64,000 bases of DNA from an uncultured Verrucomicrobiae bacterium (GCA_963719495.1 CAVRCI010000005.1:32001-96000), one strand, 5' to 3'. Shown: positions 18,950 to 30,117, counted from the stretch's first letter. Notes: generated by a model not told the origin, from the sequence alone. Program-made: numbers and translations.

Positions 18950-19340
18950 AACCACGGATGGACACGGATGAACCCAGATGGTCTCAAAAACTTCGGCGCA
19001 ACCATCCCCCAAACCTGTTCTCGTTGCGAGGACCCCGAACGCGCCAGCGAGTCGGGAAGCCGGGGATGACATTGGCAACCCCGCGGCAGCAGCCGCCCCC
19101 ATCGGGCATTCGGAGGGCGAGGCTCCTGCCGAGCCGTGGCCTTCACGTTGGATTCGGCCCACGCAGACCGATGTCATTGGCAGCGAAGTGAAAGATCTCC
19201 GGCCTCGCCTGCGAAACCGCCCACCACCCAGGAAAGTCAGAGATCCTTCGCTCCGCTCAGAATGACAAGATTGCAAAAAGCGATCCGCGTTCATCCGTGT
19301 CCATCCGCGGTTCCTCATCAAGTATGTCCATCCGTGGTCC
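18950..19340. repeat. Nested multi-family REP cluster (E arms flanking an A composite and a G doublet)
   Basis: E arms at 18950-18980 and 19283-19340. A composite at 19037-19155. G arms at 19172-19199 and 19240-19267. Confidence 0.85.
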
Positions 19341-19344
19341 CGCA

Positions 19345-21816
19345 TCAGAACTCCTCCGTGATCGTCGCCTGCGTGATCGCCACACCGTTGCCGTTGATCG
19401 AGAGCGTCTTCGCTACGACGCTACCCGTGAACGTTCCGTTCAGATTCACCCGGCTGTCCGGCGCCGTCAGATCGGTGTAGGCCTGCGCCCCGCTGTTCAC
19501 CGTGAAATCCCCCGACGCGATCCGCAGATTCAGCCACTCCGGGTGCTCCGAATTCCCCATGATGGACGAATTGATGTTCACGCCATTGGCCAGCGTCAGG
19601 ATCACCGGACCCACGACTTTGAGCTGACTGTTGCCGTTGAGATTCAAACGTTCGAAGTTATAGACCGTCGGCGTCGTCGCGCCAACCGTTCCGATCACGA
19701 AGCTGGTTCCACTGCCGGAATTCAGCTGACCCCAGTTCCCCGGCAACAACTCGACGTTGCCCGCGTTGCTGTTGAGATTCACGTTCGCCGCGCTGTTCGC
19801 GTTCAGCGGACTCGCGGGCTGCGAGTTGACGTTGGCGGAGTTTCCGTTGCTCGGACTCGGGGGCCGCGGCACGCTCGGCGGAACGAACACGTCGACGCGG
19901 CGGAAGATTTTCCCCTCGATCGTCGACCCCGAGTTCAACCGGATGACGTAGTTGTTCGGGTTCGGGCTGCCGTTCAGATCGACGATTTTGCGCGTATCCG
20001 TCGCCGGGATTACCTCCGATCCGTCCGACAAAAACTGCCGCCCCTCGATCACACCCCCATTCCCCGTCTGCACCTGCGGCGTCCCCCGAACGAAGAGATT
20101 ACCCGCCTTGATCCGAGCGCCGCTGTTGAAATTGAAATCCCGGGTCGACGTCAGGATCAGCGACCCGATGTAGGTCCCGTTGATCTGCGCGTCGCCGACG
20201 AGCGCCCCCGTGCCGCCGGAGCCATTCGTGTAAACCGCCGTTGAGACCGCGCTCGGCACGAACCATTGCGCCAGATTCGACGGGGGAAAAATCCGCGCTT
20301 TCACGATGCCCGACCCATCCGTCGTCCCGGTCTGAAACGCTCCGGTGTAAAGGATGCCGCTGGTCGGCTCGCCCGCCGCCATCCCCGGCTCCGCGCCATT
20401 CGTGAGGTAGTAAAAACGAATGCCCGACGGATAGGGTTTGTTGATGCCCTCGTAGAGGCTCACCGGCAGATCCGCCGACCGCGTCGTGCTCCCCGGATCG
20501 ATCAACGGTCGCCACAACGTGATCTTTTCGATCCCGACGTTTCCGCTCTTCACGGGCGAACTCGCGAAATACGTCGTATCCACCGCCCGCACCGCCGCGC
20601 GGATCTCCAACCCGGTCGCCGAAAATCCCGCCAGCGGCAAACTGATCGTCACGTCGCTCACTCCGTCCCACGAACCCGGCGGCGTCTGCGCGGTGCCGGA
20701 CGTCAGCGGATCGGTTCCGTCCGTCGTCCAAACGACCTGATAAAATCCGCTCCCGCGGTAGGCCGCCGGGACCTCGCTCGTATTCGTGCTCAACGTCGCC
20801 GTGCGCGGCGCCGGATTCGACGAATTCGACATCGCACCCCCGACTTCCAGATACGTCAACGCAGTCTTCGCCGGCATCGCCAACTCCGCCGTCAGTTGAA
20901 ACGGCACCGCCGAATACGTCGCCGACACCGGCGGGCTGTCCAGCCACCGCGTCGGATCGATCGACTGCGCGTAGATCCCCGAGACCGTCCCGCCCGGCGA
21001 CACCACGATCGGCGTCCCGTCGTAGATCGTGTCCGGTTGCTGACGCAGCCGCGACGCACCCGCCGGGTTGAGGTTCGTCAGCGTAACCGTCATCGGAAAA
21101 TCGAAGATTGCGTAGGTGCTCCCTGGCGGCGAAAGCGTCGGCGCCGCCAGCACTTGCGGCGTCGGCGCACCGGGCGTGCCCGTCGCTGTCGCCGTCCCGG
21201 TGTCCGGAGTCGTCGGCCCCGTATTCGCCGTCACCGTCGCATCGACGTAATCCCACACCCACGGTTCCGTCACCGCCTGCTCGTTGCTCGTCGTCCGCGC
21301 CGCCGCCGCGAGCGCCGCCTCACCCGTCGCCGCGTCCAGTTCGAACCGCTTCACGCCAATCCCGCCCGAGCTCACGATCACCATTTGCTTCGCCGTCGCG
21401 TCCCACCGCGCCCGCGGCCGCGACGAAGCCGCCTCGTCCGAATCCTGCAGCACCCCGACCATGCGCGGATCCAGCGTCCCGCCGCGAAACCCCGTCACCC
21501 GCGCGCCGGTCGACGCCGTCGCCGCGCGCTTCAATTCGGTGAGCACCGCATTCACGTTCGTCGTCGCCGGCAACGCCCCACCGCTCACCCGGAAAACCTG
21601 CACCGCTGTATTGATCACCGCCACGTCGCTCTCGAGCTTCGTCACGCGATTCCCCTCCGCGACATTGCTGACCACCACGACCCCAACGCCGCTCAAGATT
21701 CCGATCACCGCGACGACGATCAACACCTCGATCAAGGTGAACGCGGCCATCCGTCCGCGACGAGCTTTCGAAGCCGCGGAAAAGCAGGGCACGGAAGTGG
21801 CTGGACTTTCTTTCAC
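19345..21816 (-). CDS. Giant pilin-like adhesin (prepilin N-terminus, Fn3-associated/CHB_HEX_C-like modules, Asn/Gly-rich beta-solenoid-like tail)
   Basis: AA|FTLIEVLIVV, WTTDGTDP and YYLTNGAEP motifs. Repetitive N/G-rich C-terminus. Confidence 0.8.
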   Translation of the reverse strand: MKESPATSVPCFSAASKARRGRMAAFTLIEVLIVVAVIGILSGVGVVVVSNVAEGNRVTKLESDVAVINTAVQVFRVSGGALPATTNVNAVLTELKRAATASTGARVTGFRGGTLDPRMVGVLQDSDEAASSRPRARWDATAKQMVIVSSGGIGVKRFELDAATGEAALAAAARTTSNEQAVTEPWVWDYVDATVTANTGPTTPDTGTATATGTPGAPTPQVLAAPTLSPPGSTYAIFDFPMTVTLTNLNPAGASRLRQQPDTIYDGTPIVVSPGGTVSGIYAQSIDPTRWLDSPPVSATYSAVPFQLTAELAMPAKTALTYLEVGGAMSNSSNPAPRTATLSTNTSEVPAAYRGSGFYQVVWTTDGTDPLTSGTAQTPPGSWDGVSDVTISLPLAGFSATGLEIRAAVRAVDTTYFASSPVKSGNVGIEKITLWRPLIDPGSTTRSADLPVSLYEGINKPYPSGIRFYYLTNGAEPGMAAGEPTSGILYTGAFQTGTTDGSGIVKARIFPPSNLAQWFVPSAVSTAVYTNGSGGTGALVGDAQINGTYIGSLILTSTRDFNFNSGARIKAGNLFVRGTPQVQTGNGGVIEGRQFLSDGSEVIPATDTRKIVDLNGSPNPNNYVIRLNSGSTIEGKIFRRVDVFVPPSVPRPPSPSNGNSANVNSQPASPLNANSAANVNLNSNAGNVELLPGNWGQLNSGSGTSFVIGTVGATTPTVYNFERLNLNGNSQLKVVGPVILTLANGVNINSSIMGNSEHPEWLNLRIASGDFTVNSGAQAYTDLTAPDSRVNLNGTFTGSVVAKTLSINGNGVAITQATITEEF

Positions 21817-21875
21817 GATTTAGGGTTGATTCGCGAAGGAAACTCCGTTGTAACGCGCTTGAGAAGAAACACGGA

Positions 21876-23933
21876 TTGCGATTCCACGCAACATTTAAGC
21901 CGAACATTCTGAAGACCCCGCCCGCCAAACCTTCCCCTTTGCCTCGCCTTTCCCGACCCGTCCTCGTCGTCCTCTCGCTCCTGATCTGCGCCCTCGGCGC
22001 ACCGGTTCAGGCGCAGCTCGGACCCGACCCGAACGCCGCGATCGTCTCGACCAATCTGCGCAGCCAACCGCCGCGCGATTACGATTTCAATCGGGCCTCC
22101 CTTCGCGACGTCCTGCGCTTCCTCGCGACCGACGCCGGCATCTCCTACGTCTCCGTCGCCGAAGTCGCCGACGAAGAGGAAAAACTCGTCACCTTCAGCC
22201 TGCGCGCCAGCCCCTTCCGCGCCCTCGAGATCATCGCGAAGTCCAACGGCATCGATGTCGTCTACGACGACGACGTCTGGTATCTCCGCCCCCTCGACAA
22301 AGAAGAGCTGGTCGCCCGCATCTACAAGCTCCGCTACAACACCCAGGAGAAAGTTACCTCGGACTCCGCGGCATCCACCGCGCCCGGATCTCAGAACGGT
22401 GGTCTTGGCGGTAGTCAGGAAAGCAGCACGGGCGGTGGACCCGACCTCGGCCTCTCCCTCTCCGGTGTCACGAACATCTTTCAAACCGACCCGAAGCAAC
22501 TCATCGCCGACATCACCAGTCTCATCGGCGTCCCCGAGCCTGGCCTCGCCGCGTCACTCGGCGTCTCCGTCGACGGAGCGGAGAGCAACACCACCGGTCG
22601 AGTCGGCCCGTCCTCCGCCGGCGAGCCGGGCGGCCCGCAGGTCATCTGGAACTCCGATTCCAACACCCTCTACGTCGTCGCCACCCGGAATCAGCAAGGC
22701 CTCGTCGAAGGTTACCTCGAATCGATGGATCGCCCGCAGCCGCTCATCGCCATCGAGGTCAAATTCATCGAAACCAACCGCAATCCCCGCGAGCAGCTCG
22801 GCGTCGATTGGTCCGGCACCCTCCAGGAGGGCTTCACCGCCGCCGCCCGCAACATCACCGCATCGCCCAATGGCTCGCTCGTCTTCTCCTCCGACACCAA
22901 CGACTCGTTGCAGACCGGCAACCCCGCAGGAGAAGGTGCCAATTTCGACATCCGCACGAACGACCGCCTCCGCAGCATCTCGGCGTCCGCCCCCTACTCC
23001 GCCGTCCTCTCCGCCAGCGACGTCGCCATCACCCTCCGCGCCTTCCTCGACGACCGCGACAGCACCCAGACGGCCTACCCCCGCGTCCTCACCCGCAACA
23101 ACCGCGAAGTCGTCATCCGCAGCGTCCTCAACCAACCCGTCCTCGCCTCCAGCTCCGCCGTCACTCCCGGAATCGGCGGCACCACCACCTCCAGCATCAG
23201 CTACCTCCCGATCGGCACCATCATCAACGTCCTGCCCAAGGAAATGGAAGACGGCACCGTCGCCCTCAACCTTTCCATCTCGATCTCGAATATCGTGAAC
23301 CAAGTCCGCATCGGCCAGACGCAGGACCTCTTTCCGGTCGCCAGCACCCGGGTCTTCAGCGCCGCCCTTTCCGTGACCTCCGGCTACACCCTCGCGATCG
23401 GCGGCCTCGAAGAAGCGCAGGACATCGATAGCGACAACGGCGTCCCCTTCCTCAAAGACATTCCCATCCTCGGCTACGCGTTCAAAAGCTCCGACCGCAC
23501 CCGCGCCAACCGCAACCTCCTGCTCCTCATCACCCCGACCCTCCTCCCGGCCAACGGCACCGACGGTATGACCGCGAAACCCATCAGCACCGTCCCCCTC
23601 CCGCGCGACGCCCCCACCCCGCCCGCCTTCACCATCGACGGCACCCTCGTCGGCGGAGCCCCCGCCCTCGGCGACGCCGTCCGCTGGCTCGCCTACCAAT
23701 CCCGGTACTTCGACAACCTCATCGCCGAAGCCCGCTTCCTCCCCACCGACCTCGGACGCCTCCGCAGCCTCGTGACCACGAGCGAAATGCTCATCCTCCA
23801 GATCGAGCTGATGAAGGACGGCAACCCCGACCGCGACGCCCGCCTCGACATCGAGCGCGACCAGGTCGCCGACCTCCTCGAACGCCTCGAATCCCAAGCC
23901 AAAAGAGGCCGCAAGATCATCGTCCCAATCTGA
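21876..23933 (+). CDS. GspD/PilQ family secretin (start uncertain)
   Basis: IAIEVKFIE, LGVDWS, PRVLTRNN, IGGL, VPFLKDIPILGYAF and LLLLITP. Confidence 0.92.
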   Translation: MRFHATFKPNILKTPPAKPSPLPRLSRPVLVVLSLLICALGAPVQAQLGPDPNAAIVSTNLRSQPPRDYDFNRASLRDVLRFLATDAGISYVSVAEVADEEEKLVTFSLRASPFRALEIIAKSNGIDVVYDDDVWYLRPLDKEELVARIYKLRYNTQEKVTSDSAASTAPGSQNGGLGGSQESSTGGGPDLGLSLSGVTNIFQTDPKQLIADITSLIGVPEPGLAASLGVSVDGAESNTTGRVGPSSAGEPGGPQVIWNSDSNTLYVVATRNQQGLVEGYLESMDRPQPLIAIEVKFIETNRNPREQLGVDWSGTLQEGFTAAARNITASPNGSLVFSSDTNDSLQTGNPAGEGANFDIRTNDRLRSISASAPYSAVLSASDVAITLRAFLDDRDSTQTAYPRVLTRNNREVVIRSVLNQPVLASSSAVTPGIGGTTTSSISYLPIGTIINVLPKEMEDGTVALNLSISISNIVNQVRIGQTQDLFPVASTRVFSAALSVTSGYTLAIGGLEEAQDIDSDNGVPFLKDIPILGYAFKSSDRTRANRNLLLLITPTLLPANGTDGMTAKPISTVPLPRDAPTPPAFTIDGTLVGGAPALGDAVRWLAYQSRYFDNLIAEARFLPTDLGRLRSLVTTSEMLILQIELMKDGNPDRDARLDIERDQVADLLERLESQAKRGRKIIVPI

Positions 23934-23940
23934 GCGCGCC

Positions 23941-24222
23941 ATGACACCCAACGACCTCCGCAACGCGAAATCCCCCGACAACCTCGCCCCGCTCCAAGCC
24001 GCCCTCTGGCACGAAGCCCGAGGAAACTGGGAGAAATCCCACGAATTAGCCCAGAGCGACGAGACCAGAGCGGGAGCCCACGTCCACGCCTACCTCCACC
24101 GCAAGGAAGGCGATGAAACCAACGCCCGCCACTGGTACGAGCGAGCCGGCCAACCCTTCCCCACCGAAACCCTCGAAGCCGAGTGGGCCAAAATCGCGCA
24201 AGCGATCCCCAATCGTCGGTAG
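23941..24222 (+). CDS. Small conserved hypothetical protein
   Basis: HVHAYLHRKEGD..NA.HWY motif and host-like codon usage. Confidence 0.8.
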   Translation: MTPNDLRNAKSPDNLAPLQAALWHEARGNWEKSHELAQSDETRAGAHVHAYLHRKEGDETNARHWYERAGQPFPTETLEAEWAKIAQAIPNRR

Positions 24223-24251
24223 GGAAGCCGCGCCGCCGGGTTCCCACTTCC
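24218..24251. repeat. Family D REP arm supplying a TAG stop
   Basis: GGTAGGGAAGCCGCGCCGCCGGGTTCCCACTTC matches the reverse complement of ~15128-15160. Confidence 0.85.
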
Positions 24252-24374
24252 GGTCACAGGCGACGGACCCGCCGCAAAAAAACCTCCGATACCCCGCGAC
24301 AAACGCCGCCGAAAACCTCACCCTCACCCTCCGCTGAACCAGCCCCCACGCTTCGCGAACGAACAAATATCCGA

Positions 24375-25436
24375 ATGAAAGCTTCCGCCCCCGACACCGA
24401 ACGCCAACTCGAATTCGACTTCCTGCGCGCGACCGAAATCGCCGCCCTCAACACGCTGGCCTGGCTCGGCAAAGGCGACAAGGAGTCCGCCGACCTCGCG
24501 GCCTGTGACGCCATTCGCGGCATGTTCGACCTCATGGACATGCGCGGCGAAATCGTGATCGGCGAAGGCATCAAGGACGAGGCACCCGGCCTCTTCGTCG
24601 GAGAAAAGGTCGGCAATTGGAAGGAGGGCACCTCCCGCTTCGAGATCGCGCTCGACCCCGTCGACGGCACGACGAACGCCAGCAAGGGAATGCCGAATTC
24701 GCTCAGCTGCATCGCCGCCGCCCTCCGCACCGACGAAGGCGACGGAGCCGCCTGTCTCCAGGACATCCCGGCCTTTTACCTGAAGAAGCTGGCCTACCCG
24801 CTGGCCGTGCGCCGGGCCTGGATGGAGGACAACCACCTTCCGATCGACATCGACGCGCCCATCGAAGAGGTCATCGACGTGACCGCCAGGATTCTCGAAA
24901 AGGAAGTGCGCGACGTCGTGCTTTGCGTCCTGGACCGTCCGCGCAATCAGGACCTCATCGAGGCCGTCCGCCGCAAGGGAGCGACGCTTCGCATGATCGT
25001 CGACGGCGACATCTCCGCCGCCCTCGCACCCGCAATGCTCACGTCCGGGATCGACCTCTACGCCGGCATCGGCGGGACGCCCGAAGGCATCCTCTCGGCC
25101 GCGGGACTTCGCTGCCTCGGCGGCGGCATGCGCGCGAAGATCTGGCCCCGCGACGACGCGGAGCGCAAGTCGCTCGTCGACGCCGGTTGGGGCGACCGCA
25201 TCGACCAGCAGTTCATGTCGAAGGACCTCGCGCGCGGCGAAAACATCATCTTCGCGGCGACCGGCATCAGCCAGAGCCCGCTCGTGCGCGGCGTGAAGGT
25301 GCGCGGCTCGATCGCGACCACCTACTCCGTCCTCATGCGCGCCCGCAGCGGGACGGTCAGATTTCTGGAAACCCACCACAACCTTCGCCGCAAGACCATC
25401 CACCTCCGCTCGACGCAGAGCGAGGCAGCCGTCTGA
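24375..25436 (+). CDS. glpX: Class II fructose-1,6-bisphosphatase
   Basis: RATEIAA, IVIGEG.KDEAP, DPVDGT, LDRPR, GIGGTPEG and FAATGI. Confidence 0.93.
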   Translation: MKASAPDTERQLEFDFLRATEIAALNTLAWLGKGDKESADLAACDAIRGMFDLMDMRGEIVIGEGIKDEAPGLFVGEKVGNWKEGTSRFEIALDPVDGTTNASKGMPNSLSCIAAALRTDEGDGAACLQDIPAFYLKKLAYPLAVRRAWMEDNHLPIDIDAPIEEVIDVTARILEKEVRDVVLCVLDRPRNQDLIEAVRRKGATLRMIVDGDISAALAPAMLTSGIDLYAGIGGTPEGILSAAGLRCLGGGMRAKIWPRDDAERKSLVDAGWGDRIDQQFMSKDLARGENIIFAATGISQSPLVRGVKVRGSIATTYSVLMRARSGTVRFLETHHNLRRKTIHLRSTQSEAAV

Positions 25437-25509
25437 GGGCGGCGCGCACGACTACGCCAACGATCTCGGTCACCCCAAAGACCTGGGGCGGAGGTCCGGG
25501 CCGCCCTCA
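25434..25509. repeat. Inverted repeat starting at the glpX stop codon
   Basis: TGAGGGCGGC ... GCCGCCCTCA. Confidence 0.6.
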
Positions 25510-25623
25510 CCCACATCGAGTCGGCCACCGGAAAAACGTTTGGCAGCACGCCCGATCCACTCCTCGTCTCGGTTCACTCCGGCGCCCGCGAATCCATGCC
25601 GGGGATGATGGACACCCGCCGGA

Positions 25624-26511
25624 TCAATCCGCGCTGGTCGGCACGGGAACCGGGCGATCGCTCACGCCGGGCGGAGCGACTTTTTCGTTCTCCGGGGGAG
25701 CGGCATCCGGATCGACGTAGATTCCGTCCACAACCTGCACGCCGCCAGCCGTGTCCCGGACGAGGCGCGTCTTTTTATTCACGGCCTGGTAGGTCTTCCG
25801 CTCGAGGACGGCGCCGGACAACGAGATGCGCGAGTAGAGGAATTGCTTGGGCGCGACATTTTGGAGGATGTGCACGTCGTTCGTCGAATCGAGTTTGATG
25901 TCCGGGACGCCGAAGGACACGAAGCGACCCAGCGGATGGGTGCAGAAGATCCGACCGTCGGCGTCGACGATCCGGAGGTAGAGTTGGGTGAAATTCGGCA
26001 GACGGTGCGCGAGGAGCGTGACCGTTCGCGCGGGGCTTCCGTCGGGCACACCGACCGTTTCCTGCCACAATTCGCGGCCTTCGGTGATCTCGATGTTCAG
26101 CGGCGGATTCGAGCTGAAATATTGTTTCAATTCCCGCGAATAGATCGTCGCGGTCACCCGGTAGGCACCGAATTCGGTGAGCGGATAAAGCGGCGTGAGA
26201 TTCACGAGGCGCTTCGCCTTCTGACCCGGACCCAGCTGGATGGGCGAGAGCTGGTAATTCGGATCGTAGGGCGGGACGAGCCGTCCACCGGCGGTCTGGA
26301 TCTTGAAGCTGAACCACTTGTAATTCCCCTCGTCGGCCAACTCGAGCTCACGCCCGCTCTGGTTCGTGATTGTGACGACGGCCAGCAGTGGCTCGTAGCG
26401 AATGAAGAGGCTGCGCGGCAGCGACAGGTCGACCCGCACCTGCGCGACGGCCGCCGGGAGGAAGCAGCCAATCAGAACGATCGGCAGAACGATGCGGCTC
26501 AACGATTTCAT
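25624..26511 (-). CDS. Secreted hypothetical protein
   Basis: Signal peptide [27 protein letters not shown] overlap. Confidence 0.8.
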   Translation of the reverse strand: MKSLSRIVLPIVLIGCFLPAAVAQVRVDLSLPRSLFIRYEPLLAVVTITNQSGRELELADEGNYKWFSFKIQTAGGRLVPPYDPNYQLSPIQLGPGQKAKRLVNLTPLYPLTEFGAYRVTATIYSRELKQYFSSNPPLNIEITEGRELWQETVGVPDGSPARTVTLLAHRLPNFTQLYLRIVDADGRIFCTHPLGRFVSFGVPDIKLDSTNDVHILQNVAPKQFLYSRISLSGAVLERKTYQAVNKKTRLVRDTAGGVQVVDGIYVDPDAAPPENEKVAPPGVSDRPVPVPTSAD

Positions 26512-28892
26512 AGCTTGGCGGGCGCCGTGTCCGAGGCGGTCCGGAAGCCCAGCCCCTGCTCGCTCTGGATCGGGTAGTAAACCTGGATTCTCCGGGTGAC
26601 GCTGGTGTCGGGATTGTTCCAATTCCCACCGCGGATCACGGGGAGCTCGTCGCCACTCGCCGGATCGGGGGCAATCGTCGCGGTCCACTCCGAGACGTTG
26701 CCGCCCATGCCGCCAACTCCGAACGGACTCTCGTCCTTCGGAAAGGCATCGACCGGGGACCAGCGGATGTAGCCGTCGATCTCCCCGCCCTTCGTCGCAT
26801 TCTTCTTATCGATGTCGGACCCACTGCTCACCCACTCGGGCTTCGGTTCGTTGCCCCATGGGTGGGTGCGCCCGTCGGTGCCGCGGGCCGCTTTTTCCCA
26901 TTCCTTCTCCGTCGGGAGGCGCCGTCCCTTCCACTTCGCGTACGCGTAAGCTTGGAACCAATCGACGTTGAAAACCGGGGAATCGACGTCGAGCGCGGCC
27001 TCCTGAAATCTCCCCCAGCGCTTCGCCCGCTTGTAATACCCCGCAAATGGACCGGTCGCGAGATCCTGATCGGCCCACTGCCCCGGCACGTAGGAGCTAC
27101 CCGAAGGCGCGTCCGGATGCGCGAGCTCCGCGGCCTTGTCGGGATGCTCCTCGACCCACGCGAGGAACTTGGCGTATTGGCCGATGGTCACTTCGTATTG
27201 GTCGATCCAGAAAGTCGGCAGCGTTTCCTTCTCACCGTCCTGATAGATGAACTCGCCGGCGGGGATCTCGAGCATCGTATCGAAATTCGTCGCGGTCGGC
27301 TCGCGGATCAGCATGAAATAAACGACCGCCAGCACGGTCGCCAGCAGAGCCAGCGATCCCAGCGAACTGAGGAGCACCATGCGTTTTTGCTTCTGCTTGG
27401 CTTCCTCGACCGCTTTCACGGCGGCGCGGCTGCGGGCGTCGAGTTTGTAGGCGTCGGCTGGGCGGACCTGCGGGAGCCGGTTCTTCGCTTCCTGCGCAAC
27501 GGCCGCCCAGGACCGGTATTCGCTCTGCGGCTGACCCGCCTCGGTCAGCAACTCGGCGGCGAGCGCGGACTCCGGACTGGTGGCCATCACGGGCAACAGC
27601 ATCGCGGCGAGGGCTCGGATCTCCTCGCCGCTCTCGGCTCCGGACGTGCCCTCGTGGGCGGCGACGTTCGCAATCCTCGGCTGGCCCTTTGCGTCCAGCA
27701 GAAGCTGGGAGGCACGAAACGGATCGTGCTGGATCTTCTCCCGCCCGAAATAGGCCATCACCTCGGCCGCGGTCTGGAGAAATCGCAGCACGGTCGCCGC
27801 GTCGAGCTTGCGCCCCTCTTCGGCGAGTTCCTCCACCGTGGTGTTGGGGACGAATTCGCAAGCGTAGAAGTAGCGACCGTCGCGCTCGCCGGCTTCGAAG
27901 ACCGCCAGGACGGCGGGGTGGCGAACGTTGGCTTTCACGCTCGCGTTGGAAATGAATCGCTGCACCGAGTCGCCGTCGGCGGCCGAGTCGGCGTTCATCA
28001 CGTAGAGCCGGACGGTGCGCCCCATGCTCGTCTGGAGCGCACGGTAGATCCCGCCGAAGCGGTGCTCGTCGATCCGCGCTTCGATCTGGTAGTCGCCGAG
28101 CGTCACACCGACCATTTCGTCGGGCGGCAGCGTTCGATCTTTTGGAACGATCACGGGGGCATTTGCCTTGGCCGCGACCGGGGCGGCGGCAACCTTCGCG
28201 GCACCACCTGCCTTGACGGCGACAGCAGGTTTCGCCGAGACGGCTGGCTTCGCGGAAACTGCCGGCGTCGCCTGGGGCGCGGCCTTCGGCGTCGCCGTGG
28301 GGGTGGCTCGAGGTGTCGCAGTCGGCGTCGCCTTCGGTGTCGCGGCTGGCGTCGCCTTCGGCCCGGCGCTCGGGGATGGGGAAGCTTTGGCCACCGCGGC
28401 GGGCCCGGCCTGCGGCGAGGCAGCGGGAATCGCCTTGGGCTGCGCGATTGCTTTCGGAGTGGCTACGGGCACCGCTGCCGGCTTGGCGGTCGGTGTGGGG
28501 ATGGCCCGCGGCGTCGGCGCGGCGGGCGCCGAGGCGGCGGGAGCCGGGGCGACTTCACGAATCTTGCCGGCCAATGCCTTCGCGTCGACCGGCTTCATGA
28601 GCACCTCGCGACCGCCAATCCGGTCGGCGTAGTCGGAGAGGTCGTATTCGGTGAAGAAGATCGTCGGCAACCCGGGGAATCGGGGATCGAGCGTTTCGCG
28701 CAGCGTGAAGCCATCCGTGCCATCCATGATGACGTCGGTGACCAACACGTCGACGACGACGCCCGCGTCGACGGACTCGATCGCGGCCCCGGCGCTCCCG
28801 GCGACGGTCACGTCGTCGAATCCCTCGGCGCGCAGCCCTTCGGCCAGCCGCTCGGCGACTTCGGGTTCGTCATCGACCAGCAAGACTCTCAT
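26508..28892 (-). CDS. REC, Pro/Ala/Lys linker, pseudokinase, TM helix and FGE-sulfatase (SUMF1) domain protein
   Basis: VLLVDDE/VTDVIM, a kinase-like N-lobe, [15 protein letters not shown] and GNVSEW. Confidence 0.85.
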   Translation of the reverse strand: MRVLLVDDEPEVAERLAEGLRAEGFDDVTVAGSAGAAIESVDAGVVVDVLVTDVIMDGTDGFTLRETLDPRFPGLPTIFFTEYDLSDYADRIGGREVLMKPVDAKALAGKIREVAPAPAASAPAAPTPRAIPTPTAKPAAVPVATPKAIAQPKAIPAASPQAGPAAVAKASPSPSAGPKATPAATPKATPTATPRATPTATPKAAPQATPAVSAKPAVSAKPAVAVKAGGAAKVAAAPVAAKANAPVIVPKDRTLPPDEMVGVTLGDYQIEARIDEHRFGGIYRALQTSMGRTVRLYVMNADSAADGDSVQRFISNASVKANVRHPAVLAVFEAGERDGRYFYACEFVPNTTVEELAEEGRKLDAATVLRFLQTAAEVMAYFGREKIQHDPFRASQLLLDAKGQPRIANVAAHEGTSGAESGEEIRALAAMLLPVMATSPESALAAELLTEAGQPQSEYRSWAAVAQEAKNRLPQVRPADAYKLDARSRAAVKAVEEAKQKQKRMVLLSSLGSLALLATVLAVVYFMLIREPTATNFDTMLEIPAGEFIYQDGEKETLPTFWIDQYEVTIGQYAKFLAWVEEHPDKAAELAHPDAPSGSSYVPGQWADQDLATGPFAGYYKRAKRWGRFQEAALDVDSPVFNVDWFQAYAYAKWKGRRLPTEKEWEKAARGTDGRTHPWGNEPKPEWVSSGSDIDKKNATKGGEIDGYIRWSPVDAFPKDESPFGVGGMGGNVSEWTATIAPDPASGDELPVIRGGNWNNPDTSVTRRIQVYYPIQSEQGLGFRTASDTAPAKL

Positions 28893-29860
28893 AGATCGTC
28901 CCGGGTGAGCGGCAGGGGAAATTCGTCCAGCAACGTGACCGGCTCGGCCCGCGAATCCTGCAACCCGCCCTTGTAATAGATTCCCAGGACCCAGCCGTAA
29001 TACTGCAACGGCGGCAGGTCACCGCGGTCATCAGCCGGCATCGAGTAGCGCACATCAACCAATTCGGGTTCGCCGTTTGCCCAGTCGATCTCCGGGGTGA
29101 GCCACTCCGACTTCATCCCCGACGTCGTCGGCAGGATCTCGCTGTAGTCGTTTTGTTCGTAGAAGGTGACCGCGATCTTGAGATCACCCGGCTCGATCGT
29201 TTCCGTCTGCGTGGCCTTGGTGGCAATCTTGAGGTGTTTAAATCCGGCGTCGGAGTCGTCGATCCGGGCTTCGATGATGCCGAGCGATGAGCCAATGGGA
29301 ATGCCGATCTCGTCCCGCATGAGCGAAGCGGACGGCGCGCCGCCCTCCGAAGCGGCCCCGCCTCGCAGCGCGGCGGCGCGCTGCTCGGCCTGGAGCCGAA
29401 TGGCCGGAAAATCCGGATTCGCGGGATTCACCGGCAGTGCGAGAATCGCCTGATACGCCTCGGCGGCCTCGACGCGCTTGCCCATCGCCTCGAGAACGCC
29501 CGCCATCTGAATCAGAATCCCGGGCTCATTCGGCACGAGGTGGTCCGCTTCGCCGAAGGCATTGAGCGCCGCCTGGAGGTCGCCCCCGCCCCGGGCTTCG
29601 TTGCCCTGCTCGAGGAGGCTCTGCGCCCGCGCAATTACCTGCTCGGTCGGAGTGCCGGCGGCGGCGGTTGTCGTCGGCGCACCCGGAGACCCGGTGCCCG
29701 CTGCCGCCCCGTCCGAACGCGACCCCTCCGTGGTGAAGCGGACCTGCGGCGCGAGCGCCACGACGGCGGCGATGAGTTGAACGAACGCGAAGAGCCCGAG
29801 AATCACGGCGGCCACGACGAAGGTTTTCTCGGCGGCTGGTTTGGGAACGGTCGGGATCAC
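28889..29860 (-). CDS. Membrane-anchored TPR protein (start uncertain)
   Basis: N-terminal TM helix and TPR-like helices. ATGA overlap with the downstream gene. Confidence 0.7.
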   Translation of the reverse strand: MIPTVPKPAAEKTFVVAAVILGLFAFVQLIAAVVALAPQVRFTTEGSRSDGAAAGTGSPGAPTTTAAAGTPTEQVIARAQSLLEQGNEARGGGDLQAALNAFGEADHLVPNEPGILIQMAGVLEAMGKRVEAAEAYQAILALPVNPANPDFPAIRLQAEQRAAALRGGAASEGGAPSASLMRDEIGIPIGSSLGIIEARIDDSDAGFKHLKIATKATQTETIEPGDLKIAVTFYEQNDYSEILPTTSGMKSEWLTPEIDWANGEPELVDVRYSMPADDRGDLPPLQYYGWVLGIYYKGGLQDSRAEPVTLLDEFPLPLTRDDL

Positions 29861-30117
29861 TGGGGAAGAGAGAAGTAAATAGCCACCCGCTCGCGTGTCA
29901 AACCGCAACAACCGCGAGAACCGCACGCCCGACAACCGCAAACGTCGGCGCGCGATGAAAAGTGCGATCAGCCGTGAAGGGACGGATCTCCGATGCCCAC
30001 GGCGTTTCACCCGGGAGCCTTCGAGTCGCCCGGAATAAATCGAGCCGAATGGCCGGAACGATCCCCACAACCCACCGCAAGACCACGGACTCTTCGACCA
30101 TCCCAGCATCGACCGAA

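Noticed and set aside
18934..19146. Repeat-encoded N-terminal extension of PilT
   Set aside because: There is no translational-coupling evidence for the upstream start, and ATG 18933 gives a normal-length PilT.
21754..21780. Imperfect hairpin in the giant-pilin leader
   Set aside because: No second copy was found in the window, so it cannot be called a repeat element.
28200..28540. Repetitive DNA in the REC-FGE gene
   Set aside because: Protein-level Pro/Ala/Lys/Thr linker, not a DNA element.
29873..29901. TTGACA on the minus strand upstream of the TPR gene
   Set aside because: No convincing -10 hexamer at 16-18 nt spacing.
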